Assembly: GCF_006345805.1 (NCBI RefSeq)
Contig: NC_043006.1
Location: 17,794,001-17,858,000, forward strand
DNA: 64,000 nucleotides
Reading direction: 5' to 3'
Origin: Octopus sinensis
Taxonomy: Eukaryota
A program made the translations under genes and the position numbers. The notes below the pieces were generated by a model that was not told the DNA's origin, searched no databases, and saw nothing but the letters and a program-made list of their open reading frames with translations. Positions 34,461 through 47,379 of this stretch are shown piece after piece. Position 1 is the first letter of the stretch, and each line of letters opens with the position of its first letter.

Positions 34461-36821
34461 TTGGCATCTTGGTTTGACAGGATCTGATGGGTCTGAGGAC
34501 TGCATTGTGCTCCACCGTCTGCTTTGGTATGGTTTCTGCAGTTGGATACTCTTCCTAATATTTCACATAGGGTACTGAATGCTTTTTTTCATGATGCCAG
34601 CACTGGTGAGGTTACCATAAAGCTTGCATGACTATAAGCCTCGAAAGAGGCAGCTTTATGCTAAGAGATGAAAGGTTGAATTATGAGAGAAGGGACCCCA
34701 GCAGAACAGGTTTCTTAACATTAAGGAGTTGTATAAAGAAAGAATAGCAGTAACCAGGGTGAAGGTGGGAAACAGAATGAGGGAGAGTGGAGGCACACAT
34801 ATGGCTGTGGGATGAAGTTCCCTTCCCAGCTTAATGGTCTTGTGTTCAGTCCCATAGCATGGCATTTTAGACAAACATCTACTAAAGCCCTATTTTGTAC
34901 AAAGTCTTGTGAGTTGAGTTGGCAAACAGAAACTGAAAGAATATGTGTGTGTTTGTATGCTTCTGCTTCCTTGGCTTGACAACATACGATGGTGGTATAC
35001 GATTGTCACCATCATGCAAATGGTGTTATTTGTGTCCAGTCTTCTATGAAAGTATGTCTGGTCATGGGGGGGAAATATTACCTTTCTTGGAAACAAGTGA
35101 GGTTTGGCAACTAGAAGGGCAACCAACCATAGAAAACTACCTCCACAAATTCTCTTTGAATTGTGCCAGCATGGAAAAATGGACATTCAGTGATTATGTG
35201 TGTGTATGTGTGTGTGTAAAATACACACACAAAGTGAAAGAGAGATGAGTAGATAGATAGATAGATAGGTAGGTAGGTAGGTGGGTATAAAATGCTTGAA
35301 GCACCTATACGAATTGAAAGGAAATGTTAGTTTAAAAGAAAAGTGGGTAGGTAGAGCAGACAAGTGTAGTTATTCATGTTGCGGAAGTATGAGTCATTAG
35401 AATAACGATGGCAGTGCTGTGTATAGTTTTAACAAGAATTGCCTCTGGTTGTCTTTCCATTCATTTTGAATGTGTTCTTGTGGTCACTTAAGTAACAACA
35501 TTAAATGGAATGGAAGGAAAGAAGGAATGGTCACAGGTACTTAAAGCCATGCAATGATAGAAAAGAAAAAGAGGAACATCATAAGTGACTGAAGTGTTAA
35601 TATAGATTTCTGACAAAGCAAATCAAAAGAAACGCATTATTGAATTAATAGTGTCTATCTTAGGTACAGGAATTTTTGTTTTAAAGAAATGTACTGTATC
35701 TGAATTTCATCATCATCATCATCCACTTTTCTATGCTTGCATGGGTGGGGTACAATTGTATCCCAATGCTCCTTTTGTCACCAACCCTCACTTTTTTTTA
35801 AGAAAGGTAATGTTTCCCCCATGGCCAGACAATGTTTTCACAGAAAACTGGAAATGAATGACACTGCTTATATGACAGTGGCACTTGTTTACAACTATCA
35901 CGTGCTGTCAAGGCAAAGAAACACACTCACACGATGGGCTTCCTTCGGTTTCTGTCTACCAGATCCACTCACAGGACTTTGGTCCACTCTGGAAGTATAA
36001 TGGAAGACACTTATTTATGCCAGGTGTCACATGGTGGGACTGAACCCAAAACCATGTGGTCGGGAAGCAAACTTGTCAACTACATATGGTTTTTATTGGC
36101 TTCCTAGGAGTATGATATGAAATTGACCTCAGAAAGGTGTGAATTCCATCAGTCTTTACCTACCATGCCAAACACATATTCTGCTCAGTGGTCAGTAATT
36201 CATTCTAAGTTAGGTATAAGGTGAGCCGTTTCAAGGAGATTAGATTGGTCTTAGTCACTTATATTAACCATTGTACATGACTGCTACTTTATTTTATTGA
36301 CTCATGAGGAGTCAATATAATTTTGCCATTCTCCGGAGAAAGGCAGAGTTGACTCCAGCATGATTTGAACTTAGAATGTAGAGCTGAAACAAATACAAAG
36401 CATTTTATCTGACCCAGGAAGAGTTAATAAATGTTGCCTTTGGTGGTGTTTGAACTCAGAATGTAAAGCGCTGGAATAAATGCTACAAAGCATTTTATCC
36501 ATCTCTGTAAACAATTCTGCCAATACACTACAATTGCACATTGAAGTGTTGAATAAGAACAGGGAAAACCTTTGAATGTCTCTTTGCTGAATATTTTAAA
36601 TTGTAAACATTTTAAAGAAATTCTTTCTGAATTTTATGTGAATGCTAAATATGGTCAAGAAATCTGTTTCCCTACTATGTGGTTTCTGGTTCTGTCCCAC
36701 TTTAAGGCATCTTGGGAAGTGTCTTCTACAATAACTCCAAGCTGATTTGATAGATGGAAATTGAGAGAAGCCCACCGTGTATGTATGTTGGTCTTTGTTT
36801 TGGCATTGCATGATAGTTGTA

Positions 36822-36972
36822 AATGAGTTAAGTTAATTTTTTGGCTCAAAAAGCAAAAGCAAGGCCATGTAGGGGGACATGGAGTTATGTACAGGGAGGG
36901 TGTTCATGCAAAGAGTTCAGGCCATTTCTGGTCAAGACTTTGAACCGAGCGGTCGTTGGCATCTTCACTAAC
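36822..36972 (-). mobile_element. CR1 3' tip (same family as 54290-54585)
   Basis: Near-identical reverse complement of 54445-54585. Confidence 0.85.
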
Positions 36973-37719
36973 TCGTCATACAAGTGGTGTTATTCATTTT
37001 GAATCTTCCACATAAACATGTTCTACCATGGAGAAATATTACCTTATTTTGAAACAAATGAGGATTGGTAACAGGTAAGGCATCTGATTTTAGAAAACCT
37101 GCCTCAATAAATTCCATCCAGTCGATGCAAGCATGGAAAAGCAAACATTACAAAACAATGAGGATGATGAAAAAGAATTACAATAATTTGTTTTCCATCC
37201 TTGTGCATTAAAATTTCTGGAAGTACATTTCCTTAATGGGAAGCTGGTGGAGAAGCAGGAGTGGTATGAATAAAAGTGAGAAAAATTGATGATAAACATC
37301 ATTGAATCACACAGTATTTTACTTTATCATTTATGTTATAGTGAAAGTGAAAGTTAATTCCTCAATATTTGGTTCAAGAGATAACAACTAAATGTCAAAC
37401 ATGTTTTGTTTTGTTCTTTTTATTTTCTTTTTAAGGGGGTTGTCTTGCATAATAGACCTGACATTTCCATATATCATGGAATTTTTACAATACTCACGGT
37501 TTTTATTATGTTTATGTTAGTCATGTGTAGAATTTTTATTTGTTTTTAAAGAGACTTTACTTGAGAAAAATCTCAATTTTAAATTTCAATTTTGTATTTT
37601 ATAGTCCAGATATTCTTTGCTTTTTTGATGACTTTATTATCTTTTTTAAATATTTATTCCCCATGAAACTATACCAAATGAAATCTCCATTATAAATTTC
37701 AGTTCTGTATTTGTGTGCT

Positions 37720-38070
37720 TTAACCCTTTTCTTGCCATATTTTTGTTGAAATAGACTGCCCTTGTTTCAATTTGTTATTTAGTATTGTTCTTATTTTTTT
37801 CTTATGTCCATTGTCTGGAAACCTTTCATCACACATCCGTGACCGCTTCCATCTCACATGGAATGGAAGAGTCACTGAAGAGGTCACAGATGTGTGACAA
37901 AGGATTTTAAGACAATGGACAAAAGATGAAATAAGAACAATAATAAACAAGTGAAGAGTTAGTCATTATTAAGCTGGTGTTTGGAAAATAAATTTGCATG
38001 AAGTTTTAATGGAAAGTTTTGAGATCACTTTAATCCTTTTGTTAACATATTTCTGATAAAATAGAATGTC
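37720..38070. mobile_element. piggyBac-type MITE remnants
   Basis: TTAA|CCCTTTT terminus; interior like 17821-18051. Confidence 0.55.
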
Positions 38071-38084
38071 TTTTTTGCAATTAA

Positions 38085-38475
38085 TAGGCATAGGAGTGGC
38101 TATGTGATAAGTAGCTTGCTTACGAACCACATGGTTCAGTCACGGCTTCAGTCACACTGCATGACACCTTGGGCAAGTGTCTTCTGCTATAGCCCCAGGC
38201 CAACCAAAGCCTTGTGAGTGGATTTGGTAGACAGAAACTGGAAGAAGCCTGTCGTATATATGTATGTATGCATGTGTGTCTTTGTTTGTGCCCCCAACAT
38301 TGCTTGACAACCGATGCTGGTGTGTTTACATCCCCATAACTTAGCAGTTTGACAAAAGAAACTGATAGTATAAGTACTAGGCTTGCAAAGAATAAGTCCT
38401 GGGGGTGAATTTGCTTGACTAAAGGCGGTACTCCAGCATGGCCACAGTCAAATGACTGAAACAAGTAAGAGTAAA
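38085..38475 (+). mobile_element. SINE family A, full length
   Basis: Sense copy about 670 bp upstream of exon D. Confidence 0.9.
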
Positions 38476-38797
38476 ATGACAAAGATTTTAGTAAACTTTG
38501 TCATTATTAAATTGATATTTGTGATGTAAACATGAAATTTTGGTGGAAGGATTTAATTTAAATCACTCCAACCCTTAAACAATGAACATCATCAATTGAT
38601 GTTTCAATAATTCTTTCATTGGATATGGCCAAAGGAAAGTGAATGTTTTAATGCACTTTCCAATGAAAATGTAAATTTTGTGTTTCATACTAATTAAAGT
38701 GAAAATAAGCATAAAAACTATCCTTAAGAAAAAGATATCTTTTTTTTTTGTTTTTTGCCCATTTGGTACACACACATTTGAAACCCTTACCTGTGGT

Positions 38798-39012
38798 TTA
38801 AACCTTCAGCATGCAATGCAATGCTTATTTATTCGTTTTGTTTTGAAGTAATCATACATTACCTCAAAGCTTTGAGATTTTGATGATATAACGGTTTGTT
38901 TTTAGAATGACATTGTAGGGTAGGTGTGTGAGGCTGCAATCTGGCTAGTTTTAATTTAAAACAGGTAAAATATTTGCACTGGATATGGCCAGATTAAATG
39001 CTGAAGGATTAA
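38798..39012. mobile_element. piggyBac-type MITE
   Basis: TTAA-flanked with CCTTCAGCAT/ATGCTGAAGG termini; homologous to 56148-56374. Confidence 0.75.
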
Positions 39013-39146
39013 AGATTAAACATTGTGTCTCATAGAACAGGACTAATCTTAGTTTGGTATCAAAGGGGTTAAATATTCTCTGTTTTATTGATTACTTAGT
39101 ATTTTATTTTATTCTGGTTTCATTTTAATATATTTTTTCCCAACAG

Positions 39147-39271
39147 CTGTGATAAGCTACCCTAGCAAAGATTCTGGAGCTAGTGCACCTGACCAACTCA
39201 GTCTCACCTTGACATGGGATCGTGTAGATATTGCCAGAAGCCATATTTTTGTTTATGGTCAGAACTGGCCG
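39147..39271 (+). CDS. trpm: TRPM exon D (125 nt, phase 1 to 0)
   Basis: Acceptor ttttcccaacAG at 39145-46, donor GTgagt at 39272. Encodes ...[32 protein letters not shown] second in-frame AG lies at 39169-70. Confidence 0.93.
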
Positions 39272-39332
39272 GTGAGTAACTCTAATCATTTATGCGTTTT
39301 GTTCTCTTTATACTCTGTGTATGTGCTTTTGC

Positions 39333-39725
39333 GGGATCTTTTCAGTTTGAACGGCGGTGTCATATGAAATTGTCACCCATAATTATGACCCTAGTATCGA
39401 TCTATTGCATTTCAATCTGTTTTAGGGTTAGGGGAAGGGTATCTTTTTTCTTCAGAAATGTAAATAAACCCAATCTGTTTCTTAAACGAGGGACATTTTC
39501 ATACGGCAGAGAATGTTTTCACCTCAATAGACGTCATTGATTGGTTGAAATTGCAGAAATTGAAGAAAAAAAAACAACAAATATCTTACAAACTACAGAA
39601 CTTTGTCAATAAAGCCAAGAGAAAAAGATGTTTTATAAACACATTCTACCAGAATACGAAGTTTAATAGTGTTTAGTTACATGGAAATTATTTTTTAAAA
39701 ATGCCGTTCAAACCGAAAAGATCCC
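39333..39725. mobile_element. Non-autonomous TIR DNA element, superfamily unassigned
   Basis: 23-bp TIRs GGGATCTTTTCAGTTTGAACGGC / GCCGTTCAAACCGAAAAGATCCC with one mismatch. Confidence 0.8.
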
Positions 39726-41029
39726 CTTTGCATGTATCATATGTTACTTTCAGAGCAAGCTACAGAGTAAATTACTTGCTTGGCAAGTCAATTGATCTGG
39801 AATCAAGTATTGAAACAAAGAAATACATTGTGGAGGAGTCACAATGTTAACTCTGAAACACCCCAGTGCTGTTATACTCACATTTGTTTCATTTCTTGAT
39901 ATTATATTTGTTTGGTCATTATTTTTATGTAGATTTTTCTGTGCTAGCATGGGTTAGATGAAATATATTATTGTGGCATTGCTTGGATGTAGAAGTGAAT
40001 GATATGAATGGTGAATAAGGGTGAAGGTGTGGTCAATGGTAAATGCTTGGCCGGTGGGGGTTGGAGGTGAAAGAAATAGGAGTGACTCAGGAATGAGAAA
40101 GGGATAAGTGACAGTGTAGAAAGGGTGGAGAGCAGCAATATTATTTAGGCATTGTTTAGAGATAGACTTGAATCTAGTGAGTGGTGTACAAGGGTGGCGG
40201 CATGATCAATGGTAAATATAAGGGAGATTTTTGTGGTGATGGTGTATGTGTGCAAGTAATAGGAGTGGTTCAAGAACAAGGGAATGATAACTGGCTGTGC
40301 AATATAGATGGTATAAAGCATATGTATTGTGTGTGTATACGCACGCACACACAGACACACATATATATAATAAAAACAGTGAAGGGGTTATCTGGTGCAG
40401 TACTGCTACAATTGTTTTTGTTATGGCTTTTGTTGTAATGTATACTGATGAGCTGTTGTTCAATGAACATTGCTTATTTGGTAAACCTGATGAGTTGAGA
40501 GTTGCATAACATATTACATACTGCACATCTGTCTTTACCATGTTTATGTCACAATAATAATTCTTAATGAAACAATTGTAGAAGTACCAGATATCTTATT
40601 TGTCTATTTTAATTATGTTTTATGACACGGATACTGTTACATTTGTGAACTATGAAACTAGTGAATCGCCCTTCATTAGTGCATTATATTCTATGATGCT
40701 GAATTACTTAACTGCCTGATTTGCCTCATTCTGTCTAGCCAGTAAATGTGGCATGCTTCATTTCGATACACTTCAATCCTTTCTTGATCCTCTTCAATCA
40801 AATATATGCACAAAGATATGTATATAATGTTTATAGACAACACATGTATATAATATATATACATATGTATTATATTTATCTATGCAATATATATGCACAC
40901 ATGCAGGCACACACACACACACACACACAGTACATAAGATTCAGCAGATAAATGCAACCCACCGATCATATGATGCACTCCAGTATCCAATAATCTGTGT
41001 ATTTGGCCAAGATGGATGTCACTTTGGTA

Positions 41030-41290
41030 TATAAAACAAAAAAACAGGTTCTTAATTTCTTTCAAAATATATGATAGAATTTATCTCATTTCATAAAAGT
41101 GTTTTTTTTTTGTTTTTTTTTTTGTATTATGAATTCAAAATTGATTTCCCAGTTAAAGAATAAATTGTATCCCACAATTGAAGAAAAAATTGAATTTAGA
41201 ATAACAAATTTCTATACAAGATATTTTGCATTTTTCTTCCAATATATAATGGACAATTTCTTCCATGGCAACGCCGGGTGCCTCTGCTAG
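41030..41290 (+). mobile_element. Helitron 3' portion
   Basis: Ends GGCAACGCCGGGTGCCTCTGCTAG|T, similar to the 33220 element end; 5' boundary uncertain. Confidence 0.6.
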
Positions 41291-41593
41291 TATGTATATA
41301 TAATAACCATTTTAATGTCCATTTTTCTGTGCTTTCATGTGTAAGATGGAATTTGTTGTGGTAGATTTTCTGCTGCTGTTGGATGCTCCTCCTGTTGCCA
41401 ATCCTTATCTGTTTCCAAGACTGGAAAAAAACCATATAGCTTGTATGACTGATGCTCATTTACAGTTATCACATGATGATACTAGGGTACAAACAGATAC
41501 ACATACAACAGGCTTCTTTCAGTGTCTGTCTTGCAAATCCTCTCACAAGCCTTTGGTCAATCCAAGATCATAATAGAAGACGCTTGCCCAATG

Positions 41594-41639
<46 letters not shown>

Positions 41640-41641
<2 letters not shown>

Positions 41642-41830
41642 GGGAGAGTTTACAAAAAAAAACAAAAGACAAAGACAGGTGGTGTACAAAACAAACAGAT
41701 GTATTAGTATAATGTTCAGGAATAGAAAAAGTCTTTTAAGTTTCAAGCCTACGCTCTTCTACAGAAAGGGGCACAGAAAAAACAAGGAGAGAAAAAAATG
41801 TGTGTAGTGGCTAACGATCTATCATGGCGA
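41640..41830 (-). repeat. Penelope/retrozyme-like short repeat with a variant hammerhead core
   Basis: Minus strand CTGTAGAAGAGCGTAGGCTTGAAAC at 41740-41764. Confidence 0.4.
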
Positions 41831-42290
41831 CTTTATATATATATATATATATATAAAGTGTATAATTTTATAAATATGATTATAAAGTTATAATAATGGC
41901 AACTAATGAGTAATGCCACATGCTAGAAGAAGATGCCAAATGGCTCTAAACTACTTCATTTATCACATAGGTACATGCTGAAAGCAAGGGAATGAACAAA
42001 AAAGATTTAAAAAAAAGTTTAGCCATAGATCGATTTCTGGTTTAACGATGTAATACCACTTTACCGTCCTCAGTGTGACATAACCGAATGTACATAATTA
42101 TAAATATCTGTACATACCACATGAACACAACATATCCACAGTGCATATACAAATGTTCATAGTTATATACAAGTTAAAAATTCTAGTTTGTTCATCTCAG
42201 CCACGTGTGAAGAACCAAAATAATTCAGCAGTGAATAAATTTGGTTTAAGTGAATACTTATCAAATTTATATATATATATATATATATAT

Positions 42291-42325
<35 letters not shown>

Positions 42326-42914
42326 CACACACACACACACACACACACTATAAAGATATGAGCTACTAGTAGTTTTTTGTTTTGAAGATATGGGTCTAGG
42401 CAGGTTTTATAACATGCTTTGTGTTCCCAAACAATTTTATAACACATTAAATGATATTTATCTCTCACTTGATGGAGTACATTTTTTTGTTGATCATTCC
42501 TTAACAGAACAATAAGCTATACACATATATACACATGTATACACACGTAATATGACTCCATGAAGATGACCTACTCAATGGTCACGGAGGTTACGGACCA
42601 CACTTTAATCATCCCAGGAATACGAACTGTGATTTGTGGAAATGCATGTAGAGATGTATTAAAATATTTATAAATTCCCTCCAAGAATCATTGTTATTAT
42701 TACTATATTTATCCTACGTTATATTGGTACAGCTTGGTGCAACCCCAAAAATCTGGTTCCACTGTGATGGGCATAATGGAATAGGAACTTTATTTGCATA
42801 TTCAAAACAATTTCCCACAGTCAAATTTAAAAGATACACACACACACACTCACAAGAATTTCTAAACCTCAAGTGACTCTCAAAGCAGATGATAGAGCTT
42901 CATTCTTTTATTTG

Positions 42915-43013
42915 TTCCTATCGGCCTCTCTTGCTGAACCGCTAAGTGACGGTGACATAAACACACCAGCATCTGTTGTCAACTGATGTTGGTGGGACAA
43001 ACACAGACACACA

Positions 43014-43069
<56 letters not shown>

Positions 43070-43250
43070 TACACACACACACACACACACAATGGGCTTT
43101 CAATTTCCGTTTACCAAATCCACTCACAAGGCTTTGGTCGGCCCGAGGCTATAGTAGAGCACACTTGACCAAGGTGCCACTCAGTGGGACTGAACACGGA
43201 ACCATGTGGTTCGTAAGCAAGCTACTTACCACACAGCCACTCCTGTGGCT
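42915..43250 (-). mobile_element. SINE family A
   Basis: Antisense copy, 3'-truncated. Confidence 0.9.
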
Positions 43251-43968
43251 ATAAATAATAGCATATAAATATTGGGTTAAAAAAAACCTCTTTGGATACA
43301 AGTAATTGAAGCCCTACAGGCGACCTTCGACATATTCTATCAGAGGGGTTTTTATTTTTAACCTATTAATTATACGCTATTCAAGATCCAATTTTCCGAA
43401 AAAATAATGTATGTCCCTCTGTCCACTTTAGAATAAATTTCTTCTATTTTTTAAACTAATTCATTTCATTGATTTAGAAGTAGTAGAGAAATAATCTTAT
43501 TTATCAATGATTGCCATCTCAGCACTATATCTATGCTCAGTCATATTTATATGCTTGCCTGTTTGTTCTTTTCACTGTTTGTCATGACTGCTTGCCATTG
43601 CTTGTAACCTGCTTTGTTCGGCCACATTGATCGCTACGTAACTGTATATCTAGTATATGTGTGTGTGTACAAAATGTACTTTTATTTCACTAGAATATCT
43701 GCTCCATCCGATAAAGGAATACGATAGCATTCACACATACACACAATATATAATGTATGTGTGTTGCTGGAAGTTGTAATGAATGAGTCATACAGATACT
43801 GTTAACCACTTATCAAGAAGATTCGCACCACAAGTGTTGTTAATCTATTATCGTTGCTACATATATTCACTAGTTGCAGTATCCTATTAATAACGTTCTT
43901 TGGAATAGAATTTGTACATGTGGAGAAAAGGAGGTATATGTGTACACCTACACACAGACACATTATTC

Positions 43969-44024
<56 letters not shown>

Positions 44025-44349
44025 GTAAGATCCAAGGATCGAGGTGTAGTAAGAAAGTGAGCCTCAAGCAATCCATAGAAAATATTTAAAAAAAAAACAA
44101 CTTTCAAGAACAATAATAATGAATTATTGGGGTGGAAGGTTGTGAATTTTGCCCGTATCAAAGTACAATAAGCTGAAAAAATTAATTTCACAGTTTGTTG
44201 CCAGTTACGTGAATAAAAATCCCAAGAGTTAAAGAATGGAGTAGATAAAGTCCGAGCTACAGATGTTTCATAGCAAGCGGTACCTCCAAGTGAGGTGTAT
44301 GCCGCGGGCTACTTTTCAAGCCAAGGGTGTGTGTGTGTGTGTATGTATC

Positions 44350-44382
<33 letters not shown>

Positions 44383-44437
44383 GCACACGCACACACACAT
44401 CCACCCACATGTGTATATATACATATATGTGTGTGTT

Positions 44438-44604
44438 TAGGCGCAGGCATGGCTGTGTGGAAAGAAGTTTACTTCCTAGCCACAGATTCTTGGTTCAGTC
44501 CCATTGTGTGGCATCTGGGCAAGTGTCTTCTACTATAGCCTCAGACCAACCAAAGCTTTCTGAGTCGATTTAATTGATGGATGGAAACTGAAAGAAGCCT
44601 GTTG

Positions 44605-44640
<36 letters not shown>

Positions 44641-44860
44641 TTATGTGCATGTCTGTTTGTCCTCCACCACTGCTTGACAACCAGTGTTGGTTTGTTTACA
44701 TCCATGTAACTTAGCAGTTCAGCAAAAGACACCAATGCAATAATGTACCAGGCTTTAACAAAAAAAAAAAGTGGGGTACTAAGGTCAATTCATTTGGCTA
44801 AAAATTTTTCATGCCAGTGCCCCAACATGGTCACAGTTTAATGACCAAAACAAGCAAAAG
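44438..44860 (+). mobile_element. SINE family A
   Basis: Sense copy. Confidence 0.85.
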
Positions 44861-44884
44861 ATATATACAGATGAGGAATTATGG

Positions 44885-45020
44885 CCAGGCTGCAGCCCTA
44901 ATACCGCTCTGTGTCAGACCAATCCGCCTTGGGTGGCCCTACCAGGAACCGAAGTTCCCAACGGCGTAGCTCTGACACTGCCCATTTACACCACCCTACC
45001 GCTTTGAGGAGGGGTTGGAC
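44885..45020 (-). other. GC-rich structured segment resembling an RTE-type retroelement 5' UTR
   Basis: Minus strand GAGCTACGCCGTTGGGAACTTCGGTTCCTGGTAGGGCCACCCAAGGCGG resembles RTE/Expander 5' leaders (from memory); nested stems are visible. Confidence 0.4.
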
Positions 45021-45211
45021 TTTAGGGAGATGTGTATTCATTATTTTCTATGAATCTTCCTTGAGGTGTAATCGTTGATTGCTTTTTTTCTTTACTGTAT
45101 GTCTGTACAGATATGTCTTTTCTCTATGCAGGACAGTAGTTTGCATGATATTCATGCCTTTCCCAAAGTCATGAACATCATGAGATAATTATAACTTAGA
45201 TATGGAGTTAA

Positions 45212-45475
45212 GTGAAGGCACATGGCCTAGCGGTTAGACTGCTGGACTCACGATCACTAGATCATGGTTTCAATTCCCAGACCGGGCAGTGCATTGTGTT
45301 CTTAAGCAAAAATCTTTGTTTCATGTTGCTTCAGTCCCCCTTTCAATCAGTGGGGACTGTCGGTTTGTTTGCCTATACAGTGGGGTAGCATCATTTGAAG
45401 GTTAAAACAATGCAAAAGCGCATTGTGACTAGCAACGTGTAACAGCATCTGACAGTTTAGTTGGTCGCGTGACTT
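45212..45475 (+). mobile_element. tRNA-headed SINE family D (variant 1)
   Basis: gtgaaggcacatggcctagcggttag A-box and ggtttcaattccc B-box-like. Confidence 0.75.
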
Positions 45476-46223
45476 GGAGTTAAGAACTTATTTCTACTTA
45501 TAATTCTCGACGTGTGTGTGTGTGTGTGCATACATGTGTGTACATATGTATGAGTGTGTATGTGTATAGATGTGTGTGTGTGTGTGTGTGTATAATATAT
45601 ATCAATGAATGACAAAAGAATAGGAGTCATGTAATCTTATTCATTAGCTTACAGCTGTTTCTGCTATACAAAGCTATTTAAATGACTCTGAGGAAGCTAT
45701 AAGATGCTGTGCAAGCACTCAACCCTTACTTATAGCAGAAACAATTGTAAGCTAACAAAAATGATTGTGTAACTCCCTTTTCTGTGTTGTTGTTGTCATT
45801 CATTTATTGCTATTAGGCTCTTTACTTATCTGACACTTTGCTCTGAAGCATGGGTATATTGAGTTTAACAAGTGATTATTAGTATTGTTACACCTAAACC
45901 TAATCGTAACCCTGGACCAACTATAGCCCTCGTGAGTGGATTCGTAGACTAAAACTGAAAGAAGCTTTTATGTGTATTTGTGTTGGTGAGTACCCTTGTC
46001 TCAGCAGCATGTGATGCCTTTAAATGAGCATCACCAGCATCACCGGCATACAAGCTATGTTATTCATTTCCAGTTTTCTATGGCTAACATGTCTGGTCAT
46101 GGGAAAATATTACCTTGCTTGGAAACAGGTGAGGGTTGGCAACAGGAAGGACATCCAGCCATAAAAGTGTTGCCTCATCAAATTCTGTCTGACTCATACA
46201 AGCATGGTAAAGTGGACGTTAAA

Positions 46224-46600
46224 TCTTTTATTTGTTTCAGTCATTAGACTGCGGCCATACTGGGGCACCACTTTGAAGAATTTCTAGTTGAATGTTTCAA
46301 CCCTGGTTCTTCTTTTGTTATTTAAGCCTGGTACTTACTCTATCGATCTCTTTTACCGAACCACTAAGTTACAAGGACATAAGCACACCAACACTGGCTA
46401 TCAAGCAGTGGAGTGGTGGGGAGACAGACTCATATAGATATATACATTTATACATACAACAGGCTTCTTTCAGTTTCTGTCTATCAAATCCAGCCACAAG
46501 GCTTTTGGTCAGCCCAAGACTACCCAAGATGCCATGCAGTGGGACTGAACCCAGAAATACATGGTTGGGAAGCAAGCTTCTTATCACACAGCCACACCTG
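46224..46600 (-). mobile_element. SINE family A
   Basis: Antisense copy following an old family C-like piece at 46070-46222. Confidence 0.85.
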
Positions 46601-47113
46601 ATGATGATTGTTTCATAATCATTGATTACTGCTAATAATCAATCAATTAGACATTCACCAGGTTTCACTGTGATTCAGAGGTTCACTATGTTTGGTCTTG
46701 TACTGCAACTTAAGCAACTGTCTTCTGTTGTAGTCTTGGGTCAGCCAAAGCCTTGTGAGTGGAATTTGGCAAGAGGAGAAACTGTGTGGAAGCCCTTCTG
46801 AAGGACTGCCCCTGTTCTTCATCTATTCCCTTGTTTAACATCATGTGGCTTTTTGAGTGAATTAGCATTCTGTTGCAAGTATTTGGTTTGAGTGTCTTGT
46901 CTGACAAGATCTTCCTCCTGTCAGCCTCAGAGGTTCTAATAAAATTCATAGGCATGGCTATTTGATTGTTATTTAAAAAGAAGAAAAAAATTATACACAA
47001 TTTGATACTGATAGTGGTTGCATTTATTTACTAGCGTTACCCATAATTTGATTGGCAACTTTGGAAGTATGCTGTTACTACTGTGGCTAATATCAAGAAA
47101 TATGGCATACATA

Positions 47114-47329
47114 CAAGGGTGCGCTGAAAAGTTCCTGGCTTTAAGGATATTGTGAAAGGCCTGATTGGAGACCCAACCTTCTGAGTCCTCTTACAGAGCT
47201 TTGAAAAACTGAAGGACAGCTGCAAAAAGTGTGTGGATCTGAGAGGGGTATATGTTGAATAAAATCATAATTAACTGATCCTTCTGTATTTTCATTTACC
47301 CAAAACCAGGAATGTTTCAGCTCCCTTCA
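47114..47329 (+). mobile_element. mariner-derived MITE, copy 1
   Basis: TIR ...CTGAAAAGTTCCTGG / CCAGGAATGTTTCAG; retains the transposase C-terminus (EKLKDSCKKCVDLRGVYVE*). Confidence 0.75.
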
Positions 47330-47379
47330 TGTGTGGATATATGTATATATATATATACACATACACACACACATACATA

